A stretch of 64,000 nucleotides of DNA from Gammaproteobacteria bacterium (GCA_965222615.1 CBDCUI010000008.1:576001-640000); one strand, 5' to 3'; shown: positions 1 to 10,142, counted from the stretch's first letter. Translations and numbers: made by a program. The notes: a model not told the origin generated them from the letters alone.

Positions 1-57
1 TTTTAAGCGCAATGTTTACAAACGGGCACTAAAAGAGTTTGAGCCAATATTGTTTCA

Positions 58-537
58 CTAAGATGGATCTACTTTCATCATAGACTGTAAATAGTTCTCT
101 AATCCCACGCGCTCAATTCTATCAAACTGGGTTTCTAACCAATCGATATGCTCTTCTTCATTATCGAGTATTTTTTCAAATAGTTCTCTCGAAATGTAAT
201 CGGAGACTTCTTCACAGTATGCAATGGCTTCCTTTAAAACCGGCACAGCTTGTTGTTCCATTTTCAAGTCACATTCCAACATTTCTTTAGGATTTTCACC
301 TAGCAGGAGTTTGCCGAGATCTTGTAAATTTGGAAGGCCTTCTAAAAATAATATTCTTTCAATCAACCAATCAGCATGTTTCATTTCATCGATTGATTCG
401 TGATATTCATATTCGTTTAACTTCTCTAAACCCCAATTTTTATACATACGTGCATGTAAAAAATATTGATTAATGGCAGTGAGTTCATTTTTTAAAGCTT
501 TATTTAAATATTGAATAACTTTTTTATCACCTTTCAT
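58..537 (-). CDS. bfr: bacterioferritin
   Basis: MKGD start, [21 protein letters not shown] and EEEHIDWLE ferroxidase motifs; heme-ligand Met in LKME; 159 aa. Confidence 0.97.
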   Translation of the reverse strand: MKGDKKVIQYLNKALKNELTAINQYFLHARMYKNWGLEKLNEYEYHESIDEMKHADWLIERILFLEGLPNLQDLGKLLLGENPKEMLECDLKMEQQAVPVLKEAIAYCEEVSDYISRELFEKILDNEEEHIDWLETQFDRIERVGLENYLQSMMKVDPS

Positions 538-790
538 AAGGCGCTCCTACACATATTTATCTATAGGTTAAGCGTATGATTACAATATTGCTTTGTCAAA
601 AATATTTGATTAAATAAAAAATAGAATACGAATGATTCACATAGGCTTTTAAATAAATTATTTTTTTTCAATTCAATATTTTTTTAAAACCGTAAGCAGT
701 CAAGGTATACAGCTTTAGCCTGCTGAAGCTGTTTTGTAGCTGCAAATATAATTTATCAGAAATGGAGGAACTGGAAAGAAGGTGATTGAG

Positions 791-991
791 TTAGGCGTTA
801 CAAGTTGCAGACAACAATAACTCATAATTACTGTTGTGTTCATTAATGCATTTCTTTACACAATTTGCGCATTTACCACATTGCTTAGTAACTCCTAGCG
901 AAGCGCGAAGTTCTTTTAAAGTAGTGCGACCACGTTCGATATCATCACGCAGTTGTGAGTCAGTAACTTGGTTGCAAATGCAGATATACAT
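791..991 (-). CDS. bfd: bacterioferritin-associated [2Fe-2S] ferredoxin
   Basis: MYICICNQVTD...CGKC motif, next to bfr; start moved to ATG at 991 (track starts at 1030). Confidence 0.93.
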   Translation of the reverse strand: MYICICNQVTDSQLRDDIERGRTTLKELRASLGVTKQCGKCANCVKKCINEHNSNYELLLSATCNA

Positions 992-1026
992 GGTATTTCC
1001 TCGAGCTTGAGAGTGTAATTGTAAAC

Positions 1027-1045
1027 GCAAATGAGAATGATTGTC
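1027..1045. promoter_or_regulatory. Fur box upstream of bfd
   Basis: GCAAATGAGAATGATTGTC matches 14/19 of GATAATGATAATCATTATC, 35 bp upstream of the bfd start. Confidence 0.8.
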
Positions 1046-1085
1046 AACAACGTTTATAAGTTACTGTAAATAGATACAATATTGC

Positions 1086-1802
1086 TCAGCGCCTTACAGA
1101 CCACAGCCAAATCCCAGTGATCGCTAAAATCAGCATCAGAATAGCTGCGGCATCAATGAAGTAAACACCATATTTGCCAAAAAAACGCCCACTGTGTGCA
1201 TCCAAAAGGAACCGCTCAATACTAATTTGTTGGCCCATATCTTTGACTTCTATGACTTGCTTCAATGCGGGTAGGGTGATGGTAGGAGCTACCCATTTTG
1301 GATGCGGACCTTGATAGATTTGCCACTTTGTATAAGGAGTACTTGATTCCCAGTATTGGTTTACGCCACGTAGTAGTACAGTGTTTGCAGAACTTAGCGC
1401 TATTCCTAATGGTTTCTCAACGAGGCCATCTTGTGTAGAAATTTCATCTAATATATTTCCAGCATGATCAATAACAAAAAGCGAACTATCCGTGGCAATG
1501 ATAATTTCTTGATTGATTCCCACTGCTCCATAGAGCTGCTCGCAATTTATCTCTATAGGTTCACCTGAAAGATAGAGCCTTTGTCCAGCAATGGATATAG
1601 TGCGATTACCTAATTGATAAGTAGTAATAGGGTTTGGTTTGATCCCATAGTATTTAAGTAACCAGGTATTCGATAAATAGTTTGATGGTAGATTTAGATC
1701 ATCACTATGTTGTAACGCGAGTCCAGTGAAAACTAAAAAGGCGATGAAGATAGCAGCAAGTAAACCGATTCTGCGATGCCATTTGTGTAATTTGGCCGCC
1801 AT
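1086..1802 (-). CDS. PepSY-associated TM-helix membrane protein (putative iron reductase component)
   Basis: N-terminal HKWHRRIG..TG.ALQH helix and C-terminal LDAHSGRFFG..ITGIWLW helix, typical of PepSY_TM proteins. Confidence 0.8.
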   Translation of the reverse strand: MAAKLHKWHRRIGLLAAIFIAFLVFTGLALQHSDDLNLPSNYLSNTWLLKYYGIKPNPITTYQLGNRTISIAGQRLYLSGEPIEINCEQLYGAVGINQEIIIATDSSLFVIDHAGNILDEISTQDGLVEKPLGIALSSANTVLLRGVNQYWESSTPYTKWQIYQGPHPKWVAPTITLPALKQVIEVKDMGQQISIERFLLDAHSGRFFGKYGVYFIDAAAILMLILAITGIWLWSVRR

Positions 1803-1866
1803 AATGAATTAACTCTAGCATGAACTCATAATCGAGTGTTTAATTTATAAAAACAATTTTTTAAAG

Positions 1867-2382
1867 CTAGCACGAATCTTCTGTGACTTGCTCATGTAAA
1901 AGTAATGCCATTCTGGAAATATTTGTTACTGCATTCACTGAAAGTGTGGCACCGGAAATATTGTCGATACGTTTATCAAGTTTATGTTTTTTTGTTAGTT
2001 TTGCATGAATGAATTGTTTGCCAAAATAATCATGTTTCACTTCCCAGCCACGGCTTTCACGAAATATCAGTACTTTTACTTTTTCCAAACCTTGCGAATT
2101 TATGACAAACCCTGTAGTGATATAGCGCTCTTTGCCAATCTCTTCAAGAATCCATGCCGATCTGCAGCCGTCTTGCCAATAAGGAATGCGAATTTTTTTA
2201 TAGCGATGCCCAAGAATTTTTTTTACTTTTTTGCCAAGGTCTCCTGATAGTGTAATTCGTTGTGGTTCGGGCGTTGTACCAAATGTTGTCACTAAAAAAT
2301 CTTCGGGTGCCTGATATACACTCTCAGCTGCGGTTACTGTATTAGCAATACAAACAATTAGTGATGCAAAAATCCATTTCAT
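1867..2382 (-). CDS. periplasmic FMN-binding (flavinylated) protein
   Basis: Signal peptide; flavinylation motif DNISGATLS; RESRGWEV motif. Confidence 0.85.
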   Translation of the reverse strand: MKWIFASLIVCIANTVTAAESVYQAPEDFLVTTFGTTPEPQRITLSGDLGKKVKKILGHRYKKIRIPYWQDGCRSAWILEEIGKERYITTGFVINSQGLEKVKVLIFRESRGWEVKHDYFGKQFIHAKLTKKHKLDKRIDNISGATLSVNAVTNISRMALLLHEQVTEDSC

Positions 2383-2420
2383 AGTACTTATGATAATTTT
2401 TCTCTTAATCTGGGTCCCAA

Positions 2421-2441
2421 TAATAAATCAGAGCTTCTTTA
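2421..2441. repeat. solo terminal inverted repeat of the palindromic MITE family
   Basis: TAATAAATCAGAGCTTCTTTA, near-identical to the ends of the elements at 9572-9722 and 13043-13183. Confidence 0.7.
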
Positions 2442-2447
2442 AAGGAT

Positions 2448-2487
2448 AAAAAGCCCGCATTAACTTATGACTAATACGGGCTTTTTT
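2448..2487 (-). terminator. intrinsic terminator downstream of porin (bidirectional shape)
   Basis: AAAAAGCCCG...CGGGCTTTTTT hairpin with A/T tracts on both sides. Confidence 0.75.
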
Positions 2488-2504
2488 GCTATTCGCTAAT
2501 TCAA

Positions 2505-3767
2505 TTAGAACATATAGCCAATTCCTATATCAAAGCCATCAAAGTCACGACCTTGATCTTCAGCTTCGGGATCATGAGAGCGATCACGGTAATCAGCTTT
2601 TACTACTACGTCAGGATGTGGCCACCAGTTTAGCCCCACTTCCCATTGACTGAATTGATCTTGTACACGTGCTCCTTCAACTTCTTCATAACGCGCATAT
2701 AGACCTAAGGAATCTAAAGGCTTAAAGCTTGGCTCAACATACCAGCCAAATTGTTCATCTATGTCACCTGCTACATCTTCAATGTCACCACTGAAGTCCC
2801 ATTGGGCGTACAGGGCGCGTAAGCCAAACGGGCCGTGATTATAGATGGCATGAGTCTCATAAAGCGTACCGTCGTCAATAAAATCATCTTCAACGTCTGA
2901 ATCATCATCCTGTGTAGGGTTAAACTGGTGTTGTACTGAAGCTGCAAGTTCTAATCCTTGGATACCGGTGTATTTTAAACGTGCTGTCGCAGCAAAATCA
3001 TCAGCTGCAGCTTCTGATACTTTTTGTCTACCACTTCTAATGCGTCCAGCATTGCCTCCAGTACTTGGAATGTTTAAACCAGAGTGAAAAGCTGCATCAA
3101 AAGATATACCGCTTTGTGAAGCAATCGTGGTACCAATACCGGCTTCCCACCAGGTTGCAGGGATAATGATGTTTTCAACATCATTGCGTTCTACACCATA
3201 AAATGTAGGTGGTTCATGTGTTTCATTGAGAATGCCGAGTGGAAGTAAGAAAACACCACCTCGAACTTGTGTGTTGTCATTAATATCGTATTCAATAAAG
3301 GCTTGTTCAACTTCAACTTCACCATTTTTGCCTTCACCTGCGATACTATGTTCGACTTCTAATTCTGATACAAAGCGCAAATCGTCATTGAATTCTTTAC
3401 CTAGAAATAATACAAAGCGGTGAATGTCAATTTCATCTACATCTCTATTACTGTCATCGGCATCTAAATTGTTGTAATGTACTTCACCGTATCCACCTAA
3501 TGAAATGCCTTCAAAGACATCCAGCGGACTGTCTTCTACAACCTCTGCAGTGGCTGTAGCAATTTCGGTAGCCTCATCAGCTTTTTCCTCTGCACGCGTG
3601 GCTTTATCTATGGCTTCTTTTTGCTGTGACATTAAATATTCCACGGCCTTTTTAAGATTTTCATATTCTTCGCGATCAACCGTAATCTCCTCAGCGGTAG
3701 CGGGTAGGCTAATCACCAATATCCCAATTAGAAGCAGAAATCGTGATTGTGATATTTTTGTAAACAT
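2505..3767 (-). CDS. outer-membrane porin (OprO/OprP-like fold) with N-terminal coiled coil, Fur-regulated
   Basis: Signal peptide, helical segment, GGYGEVHYN, SELEVEH, NETHEPPTFYGVERN, C-terminal GYMF; Fur box upstream. Confidence 0.8.
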   Translation of the reverse strand: MFTKISQSRFLLLIGILVISLPATAEEITVDREEYENLKKAVEYLMSQQKEAIDKATRAEEKADEATEIATATAEVVEDSPLDVFEGISLGGYGEVHYNNLDADDSNRDVDEIDIHRFVLFLGKEFNDDLRFVSELEVEHSIAGEGKNGEVEVEQAFIEYDINDNTQVRGGVFLLPLGILNETHEPPTFYGVERNDVENIIIPATWWEAGIGTTIASQSGISFDAAFHSGLNIPSTGGNAGRIRSGRQKVSEAAADDFAATARLKYTGIQGLELAASVQHQFNPTQDDDSDVEDDFIDDGTLYETHAIYNHGPFGLRALYAQWDFSGDIEDVAGDIDEQFGWYVEPSFKPLDSLGLYARYEEVEGARVQDQFSQWEVGLNWWPHPDVVVKADYRDRSHDPEAEDQGRDFDGFDIGIGYMF

Positions 3768-3857
3768 GATTACTCCCTTATAAAACAGTAAGTTAGTGAT
3801 AACTGACTAAAATATTTCACCAGAATGCTCAGTAAATATAATAATTATAGTAATACT

Positions 3858-3876
3858 AATGAGAATGATTCGCATT
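3858..3876. promoter_or_regulatory. Fur box upstream of porin operon
   Basis: AATGAGAAT-G-ATTCGCATT, a 9-1-9 palindrome with one mismatch. Confidence 0.8.
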
Positions 3877-3987
3877 AATATACCTATTTAAGGATAGGTT
3901 CGTCAACTGCTTGGGCTTTACTGTCTTTAAAAGTAGGGAGATCGACTAACCATAGCAGCTAAGATATCAATCCATTGGAGGAAATCG

Positions 3988-4710
3988 GTGTCTATCAAGT
4001 CTATCTTTTTAAATTTTTTTTTATCGCTAGGTCTATTGTGCGTCAGTTTTTATATTGCCTGGCAGGTGTCAGCTTCGACCAATTTTTTTTATTCATTTTG
4101 GTATGAAGCCATAAATCTTGATCAAGCTATTAAAACGTATGCACCAAAAAACAAAAATAAACAAGGCTTTGAGTTAACAAATAAGAAGCAACATGTTGAA
4201 TTATTTTCAGGGATTGTTTCAAGCATTCAAAATAAAGGTAACGGCCTAGAAAATCTGAATTATCAAGACTCTAACAATAAAGTTGTTGATACTTTATTAA
4301 CAAAAGCAGAAATTATTCATCTTCAAGATGTGGCTAATTTAATAAGCCGATTTAAATATCTACTAATAGCAGGTGGGCTAATGGTATTAATCTCATTTGT
4401 TTTGCTGAAAGTAACCAGTTCTAAACTTGCAAAGCTTAGATATAACTTGCTTGGTCTTATTGGACTAATAGTAACTATTGTAATTATATTATTTATAGCA
4501 GGACCCACAAAAGTTTTTTATGCTGCACACGAGATAATTTTCCCAGATAATCATCAATGGTTTTTTTACTATGAAGATTCTTTAATGAGTACGATGATGA
4601 AAGCGCCAGTTTTATTTGGTCCTATAGCAGGACAACTACTGATTACGACTATTATAATTTGGCTGTTTTTATATTTAGGGATTCTAAAAGTAAACGATTG
4701 GAAAAATTAA
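3988..4710 (+). CDS. DUF1461-family integral membrane protein
   Basis: EIIHLQDV and HEIIFPDNHQWFF motifs, four TM helices. Confidence 0.7.
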   Translation: MSIKSIFLNFFLSLGLLCVSFYIAWQVSASTNFFYSFWYEAINLDQAIKTYAPKNKNKQGFELTNKKQHVELFSGIVSSIQNKGNGLENLNYQDSNNKVVDTLLTKAEIIHLQDVANLISRFKYLLIAGGLMVLISFVLLKVTSSKLAKLRYNLLGLIGLIVTIVIILFIAGPTKVFYAAHEIIFPDNHQWFFYYEDSLMSTMMKAPVLFGPIAGQLLITTIIIWLFLYLGILKVNDWKN

Positions 4711-4720
4711 ATTATTACTA

Positions 4721-5134
4721 TTATTGACAGTTTTCGCTGTCACATATTCCATAGATAATAAGGGCATGGTCTGTAATTTGAAACCCTGCCTTTTCAGCAA
4801 TACTTTTTTGTTTTTTTTCTATTTCATCGTCAACAAACTCTACAATTTTTCCGCATTTAACACAGATTAAATGGTCATGGTGGCCGCCCTTATTCAATTC
4901 AAAGACTGCTTGACCGCTTTCAAAGTGATGTCGGTTTACTAAAGAGGCGGCTTCGAATTGTGTAAGCACTCTATAAATAGTAGCTAAACCGATATCTTCT
5001 CCACTATCTATAAGAACTTTATAAATATCTTCTGCACTTAGATGATGCTCTTCAGACTGTTCTAAAATCTCCAGGATTTTCATACGAGGTAGAGTTATTT
5101 TAAGTCCTGCCTGTTTTAGATCTTTATTTTCCAT
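4721..5134 (-). CDS. fur: ferric uptake regulator
   Basis: AGLKITLPR, HLSAED, GLATIYRVLTQFE, HHDHLICVKCG. Confidence 0.97.
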   Translation of the reverse strand: MENKDLKQAGLKITLPRMKILEILEQSEEHHLSAEDIYKVLIDSGEDIGLATIYRVLTQFEAASLVNRHHFESGQAVFELNKGGHHDHLICVKCGKIVEFVDDEIEKKQKSIAEKAGFQITDHALIIYGICDSENCQ

Positions 5135-5430
5135 TTTAAAATCAACCTAATGATAAATTGCTGCCTTGATAGACCAATAGGCTTCAATTATTTATGGAAT
5201 CGTAAAAACTTAGTTTTTGCGGACAATCTTTGATGTCAGTCTATCGATTTGTAAAGGGCTAAGTATACCTTATCTGATTTCAAAACGGATTTTATTATCT
5301 AGCCATTTTGGCAATTTCCTCAAAGTTTATGTCTTTATACTTGAACACTTGGTTTCCAATAGACTTTTATCGTAATTTTTATCCAGTCTTTATGCAGGGC
5401 TAAGTCCATGCGCGTTGAAGGTATGATAAT

Positions 5431-5469
5431 AAAAGGCACTGAATATAAATCTGCAGTATCCCCAGTGCC
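5431..5469 (-). terminator. probable terminator after hemJ
   Basis: On the minus strand GGCACTG...CAGTGCC stem followed by TTTT. Confidence 0.55.
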
Positions 5470-5491
5470 ACCTCGGCGAACTGATGAGCAA

Positions 5492-5911
5492 TTAAAACGG
5501 TTTAACAACAATTAGAATTACAATTGCTATTAATACTAATACTGGTGCTTCATTAAACCAGCGATACCACACATGAGTATGTTTATTTTTATCATCCTTA
5601 AATTGTTTTACTAGTACACCACACCATACATGATAAACAATAAGTAACAGCACAAGTAAAAGTTTTATTATCATCCATGTAGTGTTCATATGCCCGGGAA
5701 AATAGGTAAGCAACCAAATTCCAAATAGCAGGGTTAGGATGGCGCCTGGAGTCATAATTCCAAAGAATAACTTTCGTTCCATGATCTTGAACCGCTCTAT
5801 ACTGATCGAGTCTTCCGCTAATGCGTGATATACAAATAAACGCGGCAAATAAAATAAACCGGCAAACCAGGTCACCATGAAAATGATGTGAAAGGTCTTT
5901 ACCCAAAGCAT
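5492..5911 (-). CDS. hemJ: protoporphyrinogen IX oxidase HemJ
   Basis: WVKTFHII..WFAGLFYLPRLFVYH, MERKL, RWFNEAP, VVKPF. Confidence 0.93.
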   Translation of the reverse strand: MLWVKTFHIIFMVTWFAGLFYLPRLFVYHALAEDSISIERFKIMERKLFFGIMTPGAILTLLFGIWLLTYFPGHMNTTWMIIKLLLVLLLIVYHVWCGVLVKQFKDDKNKHTHVWYRWFNEAPVLVLIAIVILIVVKPF

Positions 5912-5922
5912 ACTATTTACCT

Positions 5923-7677
5923 TTAAAGATTGTATGAGGTCTTAAATTGTTCTTGCGTCAGTACACCATAGATTCTAATTGTCCCAGGTGCAATGACACT
6001 ACGTATACATAAAGCTTCTACACCTTCTTCAATAAATTGTTCGCGTGCAGAATCCGCTGAAGCGCGTAAATCTATCGAACTAACTTGTAAACGCTTAGCT
6101 GGTATTTCCATCAAGTTTATTTCAGTCGTTTCTATTTCGTCTTTATTTTCTAATAAATAATTGGTTAAGTCTGTTGTGGGTAATAGAGCTACTGGTTCGT
6201 TTTCTTCAACAACAATCCATTCGGCATCAGTATTCGCTAAATTTTGCGCATCATCGATAGAGATAATATTTTTACTACGTTGCACATTGCGGTTCATAAC
6301 ATTTGCAACACCTATACGCCGTAATGCTTGCGACATAGGTTCATGCCGATAATCCAAACCTTTTTGTTGCATCAACATTCTATAAATGGAGCGCTGACCA
6401 AATAACTGACTTGCAGTGAGTTGAGCCGTAACGATAGCTAACATACCCGGTAAAATAATGTTTGGGTTGCTAGTTAATTCAAACACAGCTGTCAATGCCG
6501 CAAGTGGGGCTTGTAATGCGGCACCCATCATTGCCCCCATTCCGATGAGTGCATATAAACCTGGAGAGGATGAAAGGTTTGGAAAAATTGGTTGTGCAAG
6601 GATACCTAAAGTACCGCCAAGGCAGGCGCCAATTATAAGTGTAGGTCCGATAAGTCCTGCAGGTAGTCCCATGCCAATACTTATTGCTGTAGCAATAAGC
6701 TTCGCTACAAAAATAGTGATTAATAATGCAATTCCAATATTATTGACTAAGGTATTATTTACCGTGTCATAGCCAATACCCATAATTTGAGGTGCAACGA
6801 TTGCCAATACACCTGTTACTGTGCCGGCTATGGCGAACTTTGTCCAAAGTGACAGTTTTTTTCCTACCTGTGAAGATATTCTTGTTAAATAAATAAATAT
6901 AAATACTGCAAAGCCGGTCACTACACCTAGAAACACAACATAAGGAAGTTCTAGTAAAGTAATTAATTGGAAATTAGGTACAGAAAAAATGCTTTGGGAA
7001 CCAAAAAAGGTATGGGAAATCGCTGTCGCACTTACCGAAGCTAAAATTACTGGAAGAAAACTCGCCAGGGTGTACTCCATCATGACTACTTCGAGCGCAA
7101 AAACTACACCTGCTAAAGGAGTATTAAATGAAGCGCCTATTGCTGCAGCAGTGCCACACGCGACCAGTGTGCGAATCGTGTTATTGGGCAAGCCAAGTTG
7201 TTGGCCTAAATAGCTGCTTGTTCCTGCGCCTAAGTGAATGGCAGGTCCTTCTCGCCCTAGTGATTGGCCTGAAATAATTGCAATACCAGCCCCAATGTAT
7301 TGCAGCAGCAGTCCGCGCAGGTGCAAATAGCCTTGGTGATAGGAGAGTCGTTCCATGACATGTGAAACGCCTAGCGTATATTCTCCTTTAGCAAAAAGCT
7401 TGAAAATCAGGGCAATTAATATTGCCCCGACAATTGGAGTTAATACACGCCAATGCAACGGTAGGCCTTCGTAATTTTCTGGATCACCGTATGGTAAAAA
7501 GCTTGTTTGAATTGCTTCGATAAAAAGGCGAAAAGAAATAATGACGATTCCCGTCATTAAGCCTGCAATTACCCCTAAGATGGCAAGTTGAATGAGTGCA
7601 TCCGGTCTCGAGGTCCGTAGACGTAATTTTTCTAGTGCGGTTCGAATATAAGCTCGTATCGCAGATTCTTTTTTCAT
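5923..7677 (-). CDS. ClC-family chloride channel/antiporter with degenerate C-terminal CBS-like region
   Basis: GREGP, FNTPLAG, GLIGP motifs, many TM helices. Confidence 0.9.
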   Translation of the reverse strand: MKKESAIRAYIRTALEKLRLRTSRPDALIQLAILGVIAGLMTGIVIISFRLFIEAIQTSFLPYGDPENYEGLPLHWRVLTPIVGAILIALIFKLFAKGEYTLGVSHVMERLSYHQGYLHLRGLLLQYIGAGIAIISGQSLGREGPAIHLGAGTSSYLGQQLGLPNNTIRTLVACGTAAAIGASFNTPLAGVVFALEVVMMEYTLASFLPVILASVSATAISHTFFGSQSIFSVPNFQLITLLELPYVVFLGVVTGFAVFIFIYLTRISSQVGKKLSLWTKFAIAGTVTGVLAIVAPQIMGIGYDTVNNTLVNNIGIALLITIFVAKLIATAISIGMGLPAGLIGPTLIIGACLGGTLGILAQPIFPNLSSSPGLYALIGMGAMMGAALQAPLAALTAVFELTSNPNIILPGMLAIVTAQLTASQLFGQRSIYRMLMQQKGLDYRHEPMSQALRRIGVANVMNRNVQRSKNIISIDDAQNLANTDAEWIVVEENEPVALLPTTDLTNYLLENKDEIETTEINLMEIPAKRLQVSSIDLRASADSAREQFIEEGVEALCIRSVIAPGTIRIYGVLTQEQFKTSYNL

Positions 7678-7783
7678 GAGGTGAATTATGCCAGAGCCAG
7701 TGCCAACTTATGAGTTTAGCTTTTGACAATTCTATTTAGCTTGTATGATGCGTGAAGTTTTTAACATTGGGTAATTTAAGAAT

Positions 7784-8815
7784 ATGGTTTCAGTTGGAAT
7801 TGTAGGTGGCACGGGATATACAGGTGCAGAGCTATTGCGAATTCTTGCACATCATCCTGATGTCGATATTAAAGTGGTTACCTCGCGTAGTGAGGCAGGC
7901 AATGCAATTACAAAGTTATATCCCAATCTGGCGCCCCATATTGAATTGAACTTCACTCAACCGAAGGTTGATGCCTTAAAACAATGTGATTGTGTATTTT
8001 TTGCAGCACCCAATGGTACTGCTATGCAAATGGTGCCTGGGCTCATGGATGCCGAGGTAAAAATAATCGATCTTGCAGCCGATTTTCGTATCAAAGACGT
8101 AGCTACTTGGGAGCATTGGTATAAACAAACTCATGCCTGTCCAGAACTACTGCAGCAAGCGATATATGGATTACCTGAATTACACAGAGAAAAGATTCAA
8201 GCTGCTCAGCTTGTTGCCAATCCCGGATGTTATCCTACAGCAGTAATTTTGGGATTTCTGCCATTGCTTGAAAAAGGCATAGGGAACAATGCGAAGTTAA
8301 TTGCAGATGCGAAGTCTGGAGTCAGTGGAGCAGGCAGAGGTGCCAATGTGCCAACTTTGTATAGTGAAGCCGGTGAAAATTTCAAGGCCTATAATGTGAT
8401 CGCACATCGACATTGGCCTGAGATTAAACAAGAATTGGAAAGTGTCACGGCAAATCAAGTTGATTTTACCTTCACTCCACATTTGGTACCCATGGTGCGT
8501 GGTATTTTTGCAACCTTATATTTAGCGAATGCCGACCAATTAGGGGATTTGAGATCGATATATCAACAGCGATTTGCTAAGGAATACTTTGTAAAAGTAA
8601 TGAATGAAGGCGTATTGCCAGAGACCAAACATGTGCGCGGCTCCAACTATTGTGCTTTATCAGTGCAACGCCCAAATGATAGCAATATGATTGTGATTTT
8701 GTCGGTAATAGATAATTTAGTCAAAGGTGCAGCCGGGCAAGCTGTGCAGAATATGAATTTAATGTGTGGCATTGCAGAAGCAACTGGGCTTACACAATTG
8801 GGATTATTTCCATAG
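7784..8815 (+). CDS. argC: N-acetyl-gamma-glutamyl-phosphate reductase
   Basis: GGTGYTG, ANPGCYPT, SGVSGAGR, IDNLVKGAAGQA. Confidence 0.97.
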   Translation: MVSVGIVGGTGYTGAELLRILAHHPDVDIKVVTSRSEAGNAITKLYPNLAPHIELNFTQPKVDALKQCDCVFFAAPNGTAMQMVPGLMDAEVKIIDLAADFRIKDVATWEHWYKQTHACPELLQQAIYGLPELHREKIQAAQLVANPGCYPTAVILGFLPLLEKGIGNNAKLIADAKSGVSGAGRGANVPTLYSEAGENFKAYNVIAHRHWPEIKQELESVTANQVDFTFTPHLVPMVRGIFATLYLANADQLGDLRSIYQQRFAKEYFVKVMNEGVLPETKHVRGSNYCALSVQRPNDSNMIVILSVIDNLVKGAAGQAVQNMNLMCGIAEATGLTQLGLFP

Positions 8816-8866
8816 ACTAGATACCTAATATTATTCTCTCGAAATTAAAGTGCAAGGGAAGTTTAT

Positions 8867-9574
8867 ATGACACAGCAAGATTCACGTTTAATGTCATTAG
8901 GGCCTATAGCATTGATCGTGTTAATTGCAATGAGTATCGCCTATTGGTTAGGAACTAAAAATATAGATATTCCATTTGTCAGTACTAATAAGCTTTCTGA
9001 AGTTACTGATAAAGATGAAAAAATTAAGCTTTTAGAGAAATTAAACGATGAATTAGAACATGAAGTCGCATTGGTACAAAGCTCTTCAAAGGTTGAGCTT
9101 GCTGCAGTAGAAGAAATGAAAAAAACGCTGCGGGAAAAAGATCTCGAGTTACTAAAGTTAAATCAAGAACTACATTTTTATCGCACTCTATATTCTCCTA
9201 ATGCAGATAATTCATCAATCCAAGTAAAAGTTTTCAACTTACACAAAGATCCAATTACAAAACGATTTGTTTATGATCTAGTTTTAACAAACGTCCCTAA
9301 AAAAACTGAAAAAATATCTGGTGTAATAGGTTTAAGTGTTGATGGTGAACAGCAAGGTATACTTAAACGATTAGTGTTTGAAGACATTAGTGAAATCACA
9401 GATACATCTCTGCAATTTTCGTTTAAATATTTTCAAAAAATCTCAGGTAGTTTTTCTTTACCAGAAGATTTTGAACCGAGTAGTGTACGTGTCGAAGTAT
9501 TGCGTGATAAAAGTAAAAAGAAAGAACCCATGGTCGTAAGTTATAATTGGGATGAAGTATATAAAGAGAGTTAA
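8867..9574 (+). CDS. DUF6776-family membrane-anchored coiled-coil protein
   Basis: TM helix, coiled coil, ELHFYR, FSFKYFQ, LPEDFEP; usual position between argC and bactofilin. Confidence 0.75.
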   Translation: MTQQDSRLMSLGPIALIVLIAMSIAYWLGTKNIDIPFVSTNKLSEVTDKDEKIKLLEKLNDELEHEVALVQSSSKVELAAVEEMKKTLREKDLELLKLNQELHFYRTLYSPNADNSSIQVKVFNLHKDPITKRFVYDLVLTNVPKKTEKISGVIGLSVDGEQQGILKRLVFEDISEITDTSLQFSFKYFQKISGSFSLPEDFEPSSVRVEVLRDKSKKKEPMVVSYNWDEVYKES

Positions 9575-9722
9575 GGGAACTCTGATTTATTCTGATATGT
9601 CCCTGAGGAATGATTAAGGAAAATAGTCTCAAAATGCTCATGTATAGGTATATGCACATTCCACTTTTTCGATATTTTTTGCCTAATATCAGGTATTGCA
9701 TTAATAAATCAGAGCTTCCTTA
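9572..9722 (-). mobile_element. palindromic MITE-like element, copy 1
   Basis: ~20-bp TIRs TAAGGGAACTCTGATTTATT / AATAAATCAGAGCTTCCTTA with TA ends; reverse complement aligns along its length with 13043-13183. Confidence 0.8.
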
Positions 9723-9748
9723 GGTTTAATTTAGACAATAGGAAAGTT

Positions 9749-10129
9749 ATGCCACTTAAGAAAAAAATTAAGACGACTCGAATAGATACCTTAATTGGGC
9801 GACATTCAAAAATTGTCGGTGATATTCATTATGGAGGAGGTTTGCACATAGAAGGTACGGTTGAGGGTAATATCATTGCTGAACAAGAAGATAAAGGCGT
9901 AATTATCGTAAGCGAATTAGGGGTGGTAGAGGGTGAAATACGTGGACCTTCCATCATTATTAATGGTACGGTGAACGGAAATGTTTTTGCGACGGGTAGT
10001 ATAGAATTGGCGCCTGGAGCTAAGATAAACGGTAATGTTTATTACAACTTATTAGAGATGGCAGTAGGGGCCGAAGTGAACGGAAATCTTGTTCACCAAC
10101 CGCCTGCCGATGCTGTACCAGTCGAGTAG
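9749..10129 (+). CDS. bactofilin (polymer-forming cytoskeletal protein)
   Basis: IDTLIG, repeated V/I-x-G-x-V/I beta-helix pattern, GAEVNG. Confidence 0.92.
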   Translation: MPLKKKIKTTRIDTLIGRHSKIVGDIHYGGGLHIEGTVEGNIIAEQEDKGVIIVSELGVVEGEIRGPSIIINGTVNGNVFATGSIELAPGAKINGNVYYNLLEMAVGAEVNGNLVHQPPADAVPVE

Positions 10130-10142
10130 CTAGCCCATGCAA

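Noticed and set aside
625-643. Fur-like sequence AATACGAATGATTCACATA upstream of bfr
   Set aside because: Too degenerate in very AT-rich DNA to call
5135-5491. Absence of bamE divergent from fur
   Set aside because: No remnant visible; a simple synteny difference with nothing further to support
5431-5492. CTGATGAG next to a hairpin, suggesting a hammerhead ribozyme or fluoride riboswitch near the ClC gene
   Set aside because: No GAAA core with matching stems and no GATGG..pseudoknot start; it lies downstream of the ClC/hemJ genes and fits a terminator
9423-9701. 92-aa minus-strand ORF
   Set aside because: Runs through the MITE and antisense to DUF6776; no recognisable motif
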